Below are positions 11,932 to 26,300 of a stretch of 64,000 nt of DNA, piece by piece. The stretch is from Bugula neritina (Eukaryota > Animalia > Bryozoa). The position numbers and the translations under genes were made by a program. Location of the stretch: positions 33,222,773 to 33,286,772 of the forward strand of contig OZ037766.1 of NCBI GenBank assembly GCA_964035545.1, read 5' to 3'. Numbering within the stretch: the first letter of the stretch is position 1; each line of letters starts with the position of its first letter. The notes beneath the pieces are model-generated. The model had not been told where the DNA came from and did not search any database. It saw only the letters and a list, made by a program, of their open reading frames with translations.

Positions 11932-13814
11932 CTAGTCAACATTCATACCACAAAAACCAAGTTTACATATATCTTTTCCCATGTATTTGTAAATGAAGTC
12001 AAAATTATTTCCACTGGAGCACCGCATCACTGCCATCTGGTATACATGCCATTTGCACATTCTGTTATAAGAAGCAAACACTTCAACGACTGATTCCACG
12101 CCTACATCTGCAGGCATCACACTATCTGTCCACATTCCAGCAGTTGTTCCACAGCTGTTTTCAGGAGGGCATCTGTTCAGCATCTTTCTCCCAGCATCTC
12201 CGCTGAATTTAAACCAAGGTCTTCCATTCCTTACCATGTCTCTTGCATCACAACGTCGACCAAGGTTCTGCCCATTATGGTCCAGCCTATCAGACCCTGT
12301 CAAGTTGAGTGCTGACTCACATTCTATTGGCTGAGTTATGTTGTCGGCAGCAGATGTTTCGTTTATTCTTGTAGTTGTAGCAGACGTATTAAATGGAATA
12401 GCTGTTGTAGTTGTAGCAGTAGTATTAAATGGAATAGCTGTTATAGTTGGGGCAGTAGTATTAAATGGAATAGTTGTTGTAGTTGTAGCAGTAGTATTAA
12501 ATGGAATAGCTGTTGTAGCTGTAGCAGACGTATTAAATGGAATAGCTGTTGTAGCTGTAGCAGACGTGTTAAATGGAATAGCTGTTGTAGTTGTAGCAGT
12601 AGTATTAAATGGAATAGTTGTTGTAGTTGTAGCAGTAGTATTAAATGGAATAGCTGTTGTAGCTGTAGCAGACGTATTAAATGGAATAGCTGTTGTAGTT
12701 GGGGCAGTAGTATTTAATGGAATAGCTGTTGTAGTTGGAGTAGTAGTGTTAAATGGAATAGCTGTTGTAGTTGTAGCAGTAGTATTAAATGGAATAGCTG
12801 TTGTAGTTGTAGCAGTAGTATTAAATGGAATAGTTGTTGTAGTTGGAGTAGTAGTATTAAATGGAATAGCTGTTGTAGTTGTAGCAGTAGTATTAAATGG
12901 AATAGCTGTTGTAGTTGGAGTAGTAGTGTTAAATGGAATAGCTGTTGTAGCTGTAGCAGACATATTGAATGTTGGGGCTGATGATTTAGCACTATTAGAT
13001 GTTGTATTAGCAGGTGCCGTTGATGTCCTATGATTTAGATTACCATTCCTACACTCTATCAACAAGTTAGTTAACCCATTGTACATAATCTTTTCCACCT
13101 CCAGTTGCGTTGCTCCTTGCTGAGAAATAATTTCTCTTTTTGACCTGAGTTCTGTCTGACCAGCACACTCTGATCTTAGCATCCTCATCAATATTCTAGA
13201 TCTTTGCTTGTAGAGAGCGAGATCAAGATGGTCTGATGATCCAGTCAAGGGGTGGTTCAGAACTGAAATAAGATTTATTTGATAATCGTTAATAAACTCA
13301 GACATTCTCTGTAAATACTCGTACAAACATTCCAACAATAAAAACCAAGTGATGAACAATTCACAAAACTACTCTGTCCCAAAATAAAGCAGTTATGGGA
13401 AATATGCATCAGTGGAAATTAACTTTTAAAATATCACAGTTAAATTTCTGAAAAAGTATTTCAAGCTAAAGGTGACAAGGTAAAGGTGACAAGGTAAAGG
13501 TGACAAGGTAAAGGTGACAAAGTAAAGGTAAGAAGGTAAAGGTTACAAGGTAAAGGTGACAAGGTAAAGATTACAAGCTAAAGGTGACAAGGTAAAGGTG
13601 ACAAGGTAAAGGTGACAAAGTAAAGGTGACAATATAAAGGTGACAAGGTAAAGGTGACAAGGTGAAGACTTGATAAATTGCAAGGAATGCTGAATAAAAC
13701 TGATTGATATTGCTTACTTTTTCCAAAGAGGTTTTGACTTTGAGTCGCTCTTGTCATGCTGACTTCTCCTTGGAGACACAGAAGTAGCATTGGCAGCAAT
13801 TTACAGACAGACAT
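11932..13814 (-). CDS. Secreted mucin-like protein with C-terminal UMOD/GP2/OIT3-type D8C (D10C) domain; exons 13814-13718 and 13262-11932 (475 aa)
   Basis: Signal-like MSVCKLLPMLLLCLQG and a phase-1 intron (A|gtaagc ... atttcag|TT). Then 16 copies of a 12-aa Thr repeat and CD..WFKFSGDAGRKMLNRCPPENSCGTTAGMW..CKW..VMRC..FIYKY..CKLGFC, which matches the uromodulin D8C Cys/Trp pattern. No ZP domain. Confidence 0.8.
13467..13665. repeat. 14-bp intronic repeat
   Basis: AAGGTAAAGGTGAC. Confidence 0.9.
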
Positions 13815-14388
13815 GCTGTTTGCAGAAGTCAACTAGGACAACTTGCCTTATTGCAGTGTAGATTGAAGATGCGGTACTGCGCTGTTATGCGTTGAGGGAA
13901 CTTTATCTTGGGAACCACCATGTGTTTTGGTAGTCAGATAAATTATCTAGAGATAAATATTATATTGTAAATTAGCATGTATATATTATTGTGGGCTAAT
14001 AATATTGAGTTGTATTAGCATACATATATTATTGTGGGCCAGTATTGTGTCGTATTAGCATATACATTACTATGTTATATCATATTAGTGTTGATACTGC
14101 AGTTCAACAAGTGTATATATAACAGAAAAAAATAAACAAAAGTTGTTTGAAATGATGAAATAAAGACAAGAGATAAAATCTATAATCGACAAAATTGGAT
14201 TTATATTGGGTTATAAATGACTGGAAATTTATTCACAATGCATGCCCTGATGGATCTATAGAAAATTTACAAGTTTATGTCAATCATTTATTATGCTGTG
14301 TAAATTTTGCTAATAGTGAGCTCTAGTATTTCCATGTAAAAAAAATCTTCTTAAGAAAATGTTTTGCAGAGTGGCCCCTGTTTGTGCT

Positions 14389-17300
14389 CTATTTTGTTGC
14401 AATAGATCTCCCTGGTTTGCTGTTACTGTCCGTCTTGACACGTTTAGTGGCTTTGGGAGGATGTGACATCACTTCCTTATTCACTCTGACTTTTTTCCTC
14501 AACTTCCTGTCTACACCGAGTAGTTGAGACTTTAGCTTACTCTTAGCCTGTGTTCCACGCTTCAGATTAGTCATTGTTCTGGAGGGAGCAAGTTCAGTTG
14601 GTGGGAAGAAGATGTTGGACACGCTATTCTCTTTTTCTAAGGTTTGACTTTTTAGTGGAAAGTCTGCTTGAGGAGTATAAGGTATAATAACTGAATCTGG
14701 TTGCCAAGATGAAGAGCTTGTATCTAAAATGAATAGAGACTTTCAGTTAAACAGAACCTGTCAATTAATAACATGAAACAGTATCATTACAAGCTGTAGA
14801 TACTATACTAGCAGGTTTTAAAGACTTTGGCATTACCATTGTAATCAGGGAAGGCAGTAGTCAGGTTTTGTGTGCTGTCAAACTTGACGGCAGCATTTGA
14901 TTCACTGTATCTGAACAAACTAAATGTGTCGGTCAGTTCCGTGCTAGACTGAAGTTCGATTACTCCATCATTGATATACATGACATCCTGAGAGGGAAGA
15001 AAGATACATGAGTTGAAATGATGGCATGTGAAATAAGACTATCATAGTGGAAATTGCTGTTGCCATGGTAACCGTATACTTGCTGATCATTATTAGTAAT
15101 ATTATTCTAGTCATATACTAATTGGTATTAAACTGCATTGTAGGTTTAATACAAACTGATTAGTCTGAGTTATAAATTAATACAAACTGATTAGTCTGAG
15201 TTATAAATTAATACAAACTGATTAGTCTGAGTTATAAATTAATACAAACCGATTAGTCTGAGTTATAAAAATATGAACTCACGAGTTCTGGATTGAGTTG
15301 ACTGAATGTTTTAGATTGGAGCGTGTCCTCCACGTTCCTGTCCCAAGTGTACTTCATAGTCAGTCCAAACACCATGATGACCACTCCAGGTACAAGGGCA
15401 AATATTGTGGGGATGTATAAGTGCTTGTCCCATATTTTAGCTGTAGAAAATGCAGCAACACAGCAGATTATAACATTATAAACTTGCGTGGCTGTTTGGT
15501 TTCAAATAGTCAACTACTTCATGCATTTATTTGGGAAGAAACCGTCCCCCATGATTGTGAATAAAATATGACATACATGCTATGGTGACACATATAATAT
15601 ATGTTGACACATATGATATATGGTGACACATATAATATATGTTGACACATATGATATATAGTGACACATATGATATATGTTGACACATATAATATATGTT
15701 GACACATATGATATATAGTGACACATATGATATATGTTGACACATAGGATATATAGTGACACATATGATATATAGTGACACATATGATATATGTTGACAC
15801 ATATAATATATGTTGACACATATGATATATAGTGACACATATGATATATGTTGACACATAGGATATATAGTGACACATATGATATATGGTGACACATATG
15901 ATATATGGTGACACATATGATATAGGGTGACACATATAATATATGGTGACACATATAATATATGTTGACACATATGATATATGGTGACACATATAATATA
16001 TGTTGACACATATGATATATAGTGACACATATGATATATGTTGACACATATAATATATGTTGACACATATGATATATAGTGACACATATGATATATGTTG
16101 ACACATAGGATATATAGTGACACATATGATATATGGTGACACATATGATATATGGTGACACATATGATATAGGGTGACACATATAATATATGGTGACACA
16201 TATAATATATGTTGACTCATATGATATATGGTGACACATATGATATATGGTGACACATATGATATATGGTGACACATATACCATATGGTGACACATATGA
16301 TACATGTGTCAACATGCTATAATATACATAACACAGACCTGACTGAATAGCATCTGAACAGGGCGAATCGAAATATTCGTCTGCTGTGTGAACTCTCAAC
16401 TTAACACAGAATGTTGAGAGAGCTTTAAGGTAGCCATTGCAGTATACTTCTCTCCCAACATCTTCACAGCTGAAACATGTTGTACAGTGAACGTTAACTT
16501 ACATGTAAATAGGTAGATAACTAATACAATTACACTACACATGGTACACACTAAACATGACTACTGATCGTGTCGGCGTAAACAAACACCTGCTGTTGCC
16601 AATCTGGTATCTCCATCTCGCCACTTTACTCTGGCCAATCAGGCCGGGCTGCTCTGATGTCAGTCCACATTCTCTCAAGTTGGAGAGGTTGCACGCATTC
16701 ATGGGAGCGTAACAACCCCAGAGGCCACGGGGGTTTGTTGTCTGAACCTGTAAACAGAGATGATCTGTAGCGGTAAAGAACTGAGTAACACCTGAGCTCC
16801 ATACAGAAATGTGAACAATGAAGGCATATATTAGACAGTTTTTATTAGTTTTTTGACGTCTAGAGCTGTTCTATGACAGGTTAATTGGTCAACACAGGTC
16901 ATGTGACAGCTAACATAAACTTCACTCTGCAAATATTAGTGTTAAGTATATTATTTCAAGTACTGCTAGTGGATAGTAAATTGTCAATAATTGATTAGAA
17001 TGAGAAGGCAACTTCTGAAGCATTGCTGTCAGTAAAAACATTCTAGCCGCATGTTTTATACTTGATTTAGGCCTCTATTGCATGCCAACAACTTTATATC
17101 ATTAGAAAACTAGATTTATTCATAATCCACCAAGGGTAAAAACGTGCATCAAATTAAGTTTACTATACGGAGAGGAGACCATCCTATATCACTATGCGCT
17201 TGTACTTTTCCATATTACTCGTATATCTAAAGTGTATTACATCTATTGTGTATAAAACACTTGGCTAAATAAAATTTACGAGTTTCAAGCTTGGCCTTTA

Positions 17301-20300
17301 CACATACATACTAGTTTTAGTAGAAAATCTATAGCTATACCTAACTAATCACAAACTGAGATAGTTTAAACTTGAATATACATTAAGTAACCTGGTAACT
17401 ACTGTATATAATACACGCTCGCCTGTAGATATTACACGCTCACCTGTTGATATTACACACTCACCTGTTGATACGTAGGCAGGCTTCTCAAAACCTTTCT
17501 ATTGTACTGAGCTACAGGTAGGTAGGGAATTATCTCGCAAACTACAAGAGTAAAGTTCCTCACAGCTCCTTTCTGGTCTGTGAAAGGAAACGCTAGTACC
17601 ACATCCACCGATCTACAGTAGAAATGTTAGTCTTTATAGTAACCCTCGTACCTAGTACCTATAGTACCTAGCTATGTGCCTTTAGTCAGTGAATAACATG
17701 ACTCAGTGTATCTATTTCCTGTTTTATACGTTGAGTGGAATATTTGGATGATGTTTATTTAGCAATCTCAGATTTACTGATTGTTTATGAATAGAAATAA
17801 ATTTGTAATGAATTCCTGGAAGCTCTAAACTAGTTTTATATTTCTGAAAAAGAATTCTGTAAGACTTGAGATATTAAACTGACTGTCTTCTCCTCCTGTC
17901 ATCCTTAAGCATCACTTGAGGTTTAGTGTCCTGGAGTGATGCACCAACTAACAAGGCAGCTTCCCCTGTCAATATCTCAATGTCCAGCACTTCTGACTCC
18001 ACAAACCAGTAGGTAAATAACCCAGACTCTAAATTTGCATTCACTTTTACCTGTTGAACATAAACAGCAGCTACATTTACCTGTTTGGGGTAAACAAGTA
18101 ATAATTTGTAAAGGTTGAAAAAAACTTCTCTTATTTGTGATTATTTTTTGCCACCATGCAGGTTAAAGCGTATGATTTTTTTCTGGAAGTTGAAGTTTTG
18201 TTCAGCATCACATGTTCATCGTACAACCATGGAGGATAAACACAGACTACAGGTTATAAAGTGAAAAAGCTTACCGTAACATTGTTATATCTGTATCCAT
18301 ACTCCAGTATGACGGCCATTACAGTACGTCTGGTGAGAGTCCCTTGCAGCTCTTTTCTAACTTCTATTGTTTCTCCGTAAACATTGTGACCTAAACACAT
18401 CATGAAACTTATCAACATTTGTCATAGGACTACTTTGGGGCTCGCGAGACTATGTTGGGGCTCATGAGCTGAAACTCAACCTTATAGTCAATGACTCATT
18501 GTAACCCATAACAACTCATAACTCACAGGTGAAACTTAATTATTGTTGAAAAGTTATAAAAGATTAAATGTGTTTTGTAAAGCAGAGTTTAAACCTCTTT
18601 TAATAAAATGTACCAAGCATAAGATGGCTCTAAATATTAGTGGTTTATTTAGTTTAGGCAAATGAACCTGACTGAAAATTCCTATAATAAAATATATCAT
18701 AGAATGGAGAAATGTCATAACTTGGAAAGTGTACAGTAGTTACTATATATAGACAGTAGACAGTAGACACATACCGTGGAAAGTAAAAGTGTAAGTCATA
18801 TCCACATTGGTGAATTGCTCCGTCTGTATAAACGAAATAGTAATTGTGTTATCTACAGAACCTTCCAGTATCAGATCATACTAAAACAAACATCTCCAAT
18901 AATTAAGTCAAAAGTACACAGGATAGCATGTAGAAATAATTGAGCGTTGAGTAAATATTGAAAAACCACCTTTATTTTATAATATTGCCTATACAAGAGC
19001 GCTATAAAAAGCAAAATAACTATGTAACAATTTTAAAGGTTTTAAAAGTTTTAAAAAACATTTACCATCTGTGCTATAAACAACTATAATATGCCTGTTA
19101 CAAACATTCACTGCCAAGATGTTTTGAACAAATTCTTTGCACTTGAAATTTGAAAAAAATGACTAGTGATGACTAGGGTTGACTGAAGTTGACTAAAGTT
19201 GACTAAAGTTGACTAAAGTTGACTAAAGTTGACTGGAGTTGACTAAAGCTGACTGAAGTTGACTAAAGTTGACTGGAGTTGACTAGGGTAAACTGAAGAT
19301 GAATATAATTGAGAGAGTGAGTACTAATTCGTAACGTCACACTTACATAAGGATGTTGAGAGTTGACACAATCTAAAGGAGAACCGTCCCAGATACCTTC
19401 TGGGGTGCATGTCAGTTCTTTACTCGTCTCTGAGATAGACCCAACTCTTACATAACCTGCTTTACATGTAAACTTCACCTAGAAAATTCATCAACACAAT
19501 TTTATTACCATGTTTATCTTTCCATCATGCACACAACAGTTTGTACATCTCTATGCAATAGAACATGTGCTACACAAAGCTTTACACCACATGGTGTAGC
19601 TTCCATCTGATGCGTGGTGTCTTGTTAATTAGACATAGGCCTATAGTAATAAAGCAGCTGTTTCTCAGTTTCTCATTAAATGTCTGTAAAATGCTGAAAA
19701 CTAACTTTGGCTCCCAACTCTATTCTTAAGATTTCCCTATCAGAATTTTTTCCGAAGCCCGGATCTTTGCAAGTGACACCTAAAAGTGGTTTAAAATTGA
19801 AAATTTTTTTAATCAAAACTATACACACTGTAGGAAAAGTAAGCAAATATAGTATAGAGTAGGCATAGTATAGTATATTGTAGTATATAGTAACTATAGT
19901 ATAGTGTGAGTATCTAGTATAGACTCAGCTCCAAGCTCTCTGACTCACCCACACAAACTGCAGGTGTTCCATCCCACGTCAAGTCAGCTTTACATCTGAT
20001 GACCTTGACCTCAGACTGAGTCATGCTGTCCCAAGTTCCAGGTGGACACAAATACTCAATGCTGTCTCCGGGTACAGGGTGCTTCACTTTGCTTACTATT
20101 GCATTGATCTCTTTCCCTGGCTCTTCACATCTCAATGCTGATGAGTCAATATAACTACTTGTAGAGGATAAGTGTACAGACGTGATTCAAAGAGCACACA
20201 ACTCATTATCAACAACCCTGCAGGTCAGACTGATAATAGCTCGAGTAGTTATTTTAAAATAGGTTGACTCATTAGTAGTACCTATCCCTGTCTCTTACCA

Positions 20301-23300
20301 TATATTTGCACATTAGCAGCAGAGTTTACTACTCTGTAACTATACATTTTAAAGATTCCAACTTCTAGAGACTGAAGAATAAAGTAAACCTTTGTCTCAC
20401 CCTCGCAAGGCCGGTAGTCATAATGCCAGAGAGCGCCCTCTATGCATGTCGCTGGTTGATGAATAGAACTGACAACTCCATTTATTCCATAACCTTTGAC
20501 ACAAGTAAGGTTTAGGGTTGCCCCCCTTTGAGCTGGAATTCCATCTAGAATATGCACGTTTGGTCCTAAATTTGGCTCCTTGTCGCAGATTCTTGCTAAC
20601 AAATAAAGTTGACTTTATTGAAATAAGACTTTCTTATTGTATATCACCTAAGATTATTATCTACAATAAAAGTTGAATAATATTCTGGTTACTAAACGTA
20701 TTACAACTTTCAAGTAGCACACAACCCTCACAAAAAACGAGATCCTGCTGATTTACAATTGTTTCTTGCATTAGAGTTGAGAAATAATCAGATATACATT
20801 ACTACTAATAATCCTAATTTGTCTCAAAAAAGCTGTAAAAAAGCATGAAGCAGAATCTAAAGTCTAGCGTATTAGCATGTGTAAGCACAACTACAGCCTA
20901 ACGTATTAGCATGTGTAAGCACAACTATACAGTCTCATGTATTTGCACAAGTAGGTACAACATCTTTGCGAATTTTTAAAAGAAGTTTAGAAAGAATCAA
21001 TTTCTCTGACTCACGGAGGCACGCAGGGGCTGTGTCGGTAAAAGCTCCAGTTTCCAGACAGAATATTTTGAAGTTGGAGAAACCATTGTACTGATAATCA
21101 ACATGACAGGCGTACTCCAGTATGTCTGTATAGTATACTGTGTGACTGTCTCGTTCTTTGAAGTTTAGACCAATGGTGTGATTTGTAAGAGTGGCGTGGG
21201 GTATCTTTAGAGCGTGGCCACATGTGACCGCTATAGCAAAATACAATAATATGCTGATTACATATGTATATAAATTATATTACTAATTAAAGGATAACAT
21301 GAGAAGTAATTTAAAGATAAACTTGTCTTTAACATTTATTTAAAACTCACGTACACAATATGTTGTAAAATTAGACCAAGTTCCATTTTCCTGGCAGTAA
21401 AGTCGTTGACGCTGTGCACCCAGCCCATAAAACTCATAGCCGATGTTGGTACAGAAAACGTCTACATGAGAGCCGAACAAGTGTGGAGTCTGCGAGTCGT
21501 TCCTGGTGATTTCAGTGTCTACTGTGGGATCCGTAGGAGGGAGGAGGGAGTCTGGGCACACGACAGCTGAAAATATACACACATGCACATGTACTATATA
21601 TGTATATATACACATATACTATATATGTATACATCTATATACTTATGTTTCTATAACACTAGCTGAATATTTTATATAGTTATTTACCTGAACAGTTTAG
21701 AGGCTCTTTGCTCCATGTTTGATCAGAAAGACAAAAACTTTTCAAGGAAGTTGTTTCTCCTGTGTAGCCAAACTGACACTCATATAGAGTGTATGCACCC
21801 ACCCAGTTTCCTTCTATCTTTAAGTTCACATTTTCACCTTGACCTTTAAACATACATGGATATCATTGCAACCAGTTGAAAACACAAGGCAGAGGAATAA
21901 ACGAATCATAATTATGTTCTTTTGAAATTTCAAATACTGTTTACAGTCAGATGAATAGATTCAAATATGCAGAGTTTAGTTAACAACTTGCAGCTACTAC
22001 ATGCAAATGGCAAGCTGTGTTTGATAGGAGTTCAGATAAATCGAAACTAATGTGTTACAGTCATAACCTGACACTACAGTCATAACCTGACACTACAGTC
22101 ATAACCTGATACTACAGTCATAACCTGATACTACAGTCATAACCTGATACTACAGTCATTACCTGGATTAGGGCAGCAGGTTTGAATATCATCAGCACTC
22201 CCTGCACAACTCACACAGTTGCCAATTTGCTGCCGACAGCGTCTCTGTCTTTTTCTCACAAGAGACAGCGAACAGGTCGACCACTCTCCCCAGCTCTCCC
22301 ACCCGTCTTTATAGAGCAAAGTGAAATGATTTTGAGATATTGAAAGTTATTATAATATTCTAATAACATGATGCTTTGATCTTGAACAAAGTAAATTCAA
22401 CTTTAGACCAGCACTATATTATATATTTTTACCTTGAACTATAACTAGGCATAAAATACCCAAACATTCTTGTATTTAAAGGCTGTGAACTGACAGTCAG
22501 AAATGATCCAAATGCAGATATTTACTACCCAGTTACCTATATAATCTTGCATTATTTTATTAAGGATGTCACTTTATCAGATTGTTCTAAATGATGAGTC
22601 AAACTCAAAGTCACATGGAGTTTCGTTTACTAACGTTTTAGCAATGCACATTCTAAACTGATATAATTATACCTTACCCAAGACTTTGTGAATATTGGAT
22701 TCACAGAGAAAAGGAGCCACCAATTCAGTTTCATCACATGCATAGAAACTCTGGTTGGTGAGGGAGCAATTGAAACACAACGTCTTGGTCTCCAGCGTAG
22801 CGACAGTCTCTAGAGACACATTGATTCTACTGCATTGATGGGAAATACACACAGGCACTGTAAACTCTCAAACTCAACAATGGCGATAGGATTTAGTTCA
22901 TGGTTCTGTGATTTGAATGAGCATGCTGATGACAATAAATACATACTGTTGCTAGAGATCCACACACACGGGGCCTTCAACAAGCCAGCCTCCCTGAGTA
23001 CACTAGAGCACAGGTCCTCAGTCTCAACACTTTTCACAGTCGCCAAATAACCCCCTGAACTCTCACACACCTGCTTAGCCTCAGAGTGCTGCAACCACAG
23101 CGGGACAGCGCCGTAACAGAGAGCAGACTCCGGGGAATACAGCCAGCTTGTTGATAGATTTGCAGGCTAAAGCAGATGGGGATAGAAATAAAGTGTTAAG
23201 TGAAACTGCTACATACAGAAGAATATAATGTAGATAGAAGTATATTATCTAAAGCATACGTATTATTAATACAATGTAGGTGAAGAGGTATTTACTAACG

Positions 23301-26300
23301 GAGAGACAGAGCTCTGATAGATTGCGTGTGGACTTCCATTTTGAATCTTCACATATAAGAGAGTCAGACACCTGCTCTTCCAGACTCTTCTGACAGGAGA
23401 ACATTATGATATCATTCTGTAGATACACTTCTGATTGGTTAGTTCGACTGTCTCCTATGACATGAGCGAACTTTGGTAGATTCTTTGGGAGTCCACATGA
23501 AGCAGCTGCAGGAAAAGAATTTCATATATAAGCATATATTATAAGCAAATATAAGCATATATAAGCATATATAAACATATATAAGCATGGGTAACCAACT
23601 GAAAGGAGTATCATAAGTATTTTATTGCCAATATAAGTAATTCACTTAGGAGTAAATACATGTAGCAATAGTAACCCTTTAATCTATAGAAAGTTTGATC
23701 TAAGTTCAGATACAGTTTATAAGGCAGGGAATTATCTTATTTTCCATATAAAGCAGCTTTGCTACATCTCTCCAAGTCTACACTGGCTTAGTACTATTTG
23801 CTACATCTCTCCAAGTCTACACTGGCTTAGTACTATTTGCTACATCTCTCCAAGTCTACACTGGCTTAGTATTGTTTGAAATAACAATATTTTATATTTA
23901 TAATTAGTATAATTGACTACCAGTGTTTAGCAGACATGGTTCTAGAAAAATCTTCCCCTCACTGCAGTTTCTTCTGGTCATCTCTCCCAGACTTGAGGAA
24001 TAATTTGGCAGACACGGTAATACCACCTTCTCTACAACACAGTATCTTCTCTACAACACACTACCTTCTCTACAACACAGCACCTTCTCTACAACACAGT
24101 ATTGTATCTGTAGTATATCTACTAGAACACTGAAGAGCACCGTACCACTGTTAAGATATAGAGCTCTCACCTCCTTCATTCAGGGATTCCTTGAGGCTTG
24201 ATAAGTTCACATATCTGAATGTTTCTGCTCCTATAGTGCAGTCCGTGTTCTCTGCTAGGTGACTGAAGTCTGCAACAAAACATTCCTAATTAGTAACAAA
24301 ACTTGGAAGAATGGAAATAAAGATGCTTTGCTTGAGAAACCAAATCTCATCAAAGTTAATATGAAAAGATCGTAGAACACTTTAAAAAGCCAGGACAACA
24401 ATTTGAATTCTGCAATTGTGCCTCATAAATAGAACATAAGCTGAATATGTTAAAATTCTAGATTTGTTTTGCCATAGAATAGTTGCTGTGGAACATATGT
24501 ATATTGTGTTGATCTGATTTCTGTAATATATGCATATAGCATCAACAGTTTATAGAAAACTAAACCCGTATAAATAGTTAGACTCATATTTTACCATCTC
24601 TTTGAGTTGTACTCAGATCTGTATCGTTACGAATACTTCTCCAACAAACAGGAAGAGCTAGCAGGGAACTGTTGGTAGTGGAATCGTTGATTAGAACTGA
24701 TGTGTTTCTGTTAGTATCAAAGTACAGAGTGGAAGTAACTCCTACAATTAGGTGCTGCGCTATTTATGTTTCACTGAGCATAGATTGGTTAACGTAGAGC
24801 CTGCAGACTATGAAATGTAGCTAACATCTTCATATGGCTTTGAGCTGCTTTAAAACTTTATAACTGTTTTAAAAAGAAAATGTAACTTTTACATCATATG
24901 GTATTTTTGTTTCTAATGAGAATTATAATCTTAGAGAGAAAATTGACGGATAAAAAAAATACCTGAGATGAGCCAAAGAGCTGAAGAATATTCTAGTAGA
25001 CTTTCAATTGTAGACTGTAGAACTTCAGAACTGATGGTGGAGTTGTGGGAAGGCTGTGAATACCAGGAACACATTCTATGTGCTTCATATGAGTCAACAC
25101 TCTCTGGTGTTGGGAGGTAGAAACAGCCCAACATTCCTAAACAAACTGCAATACATATGTTAGTAATATATTTGTTGATTGCAGCACGTTTGTTTAGAAT
25201 AATATGAAGAACTGTAATTACAAGCACTTTAGAATCAGATGCTGCATGTAGTAAGTACCAATACTACTAGTATATTACATACCTTCTGCCTTATCATCAG
25301 TTGAACACACACCTATGAGAAAGTAGAAACTACATCTTGAGACGAGTGAATGAGAACTTAATAGAAAAGTTGTGAATACTAAGCTGTCCAACCAGATATA
25401 AAACATGCATTCTAATCGTACAAAAAAAAATTTTTTCAATTTAGTAAACAGTCTTAGAATTAAACTGAAATTTAAATTCTAATTCATCTTCTTATAATTT
25501 GTATAATTATATAACTAACCGGCACTTATTATATAATACTTGTGTGCTATGATAGCGATATTATAGTAGTATTGGCATCAGTATACAAATAATATTGCTG
25601 GTAATATATTATATGTGTTATATATTACTATATTATATTATATTATATTCTATATTGGTGTTAGTGTTATAATTGTTGCCATGACAACTTGTACTACTAC
25701 TAATGCTAACAATATTAAACTACTGATACCAGGACTAAAACTAGTTCATATTCAGAGTGATTGCAGTATGCGACTCACCATTAAAACATATTTGATTAAA
25801 GAAGCAGTCAGACTTTCTGAAGCAACTTTGAAGACACCCTTTTCTACCTCCAGGAGTAACACGACAAGAGAGATAACTACTGAGGCAATCTTCATTTCCT
25901 TCACAACTATATCAAATACAACACTATACTATATCTACGCATATATTTACCTGCAAACATATATTATATCTACATGAATATTTACCTGCATACATATAAT
26001 ATATCTACATATATTTACCTGCATACATATAATATATCTACATATATATTTACTCGCGGACATTAATCTTGTGCTAATACTCATAATACTGACCTTACCT
26101 GGTAACACAGTGCTTTAGCTGCAGGTCACAGAAGTTCAAAGAAGTCAGGTTACAGAGGAAGGGGGCTATTTTATTAGAACAGAGGCTAACACAGTCACTA
26201 TCATCTGAACATGCTATAAGATATCAGCACACCTCAACCATGACAATAGCAATAAGTTTCATATCAATAGTAATATATGATAGACATGAAGTATAAATAA

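Noticed and set aside
12338-13033. 231-aa Val/Ala-rich plus-strand ORF
   Set aside because: Antisense shadow of the Thr-rich coding repeat on the minus strand.
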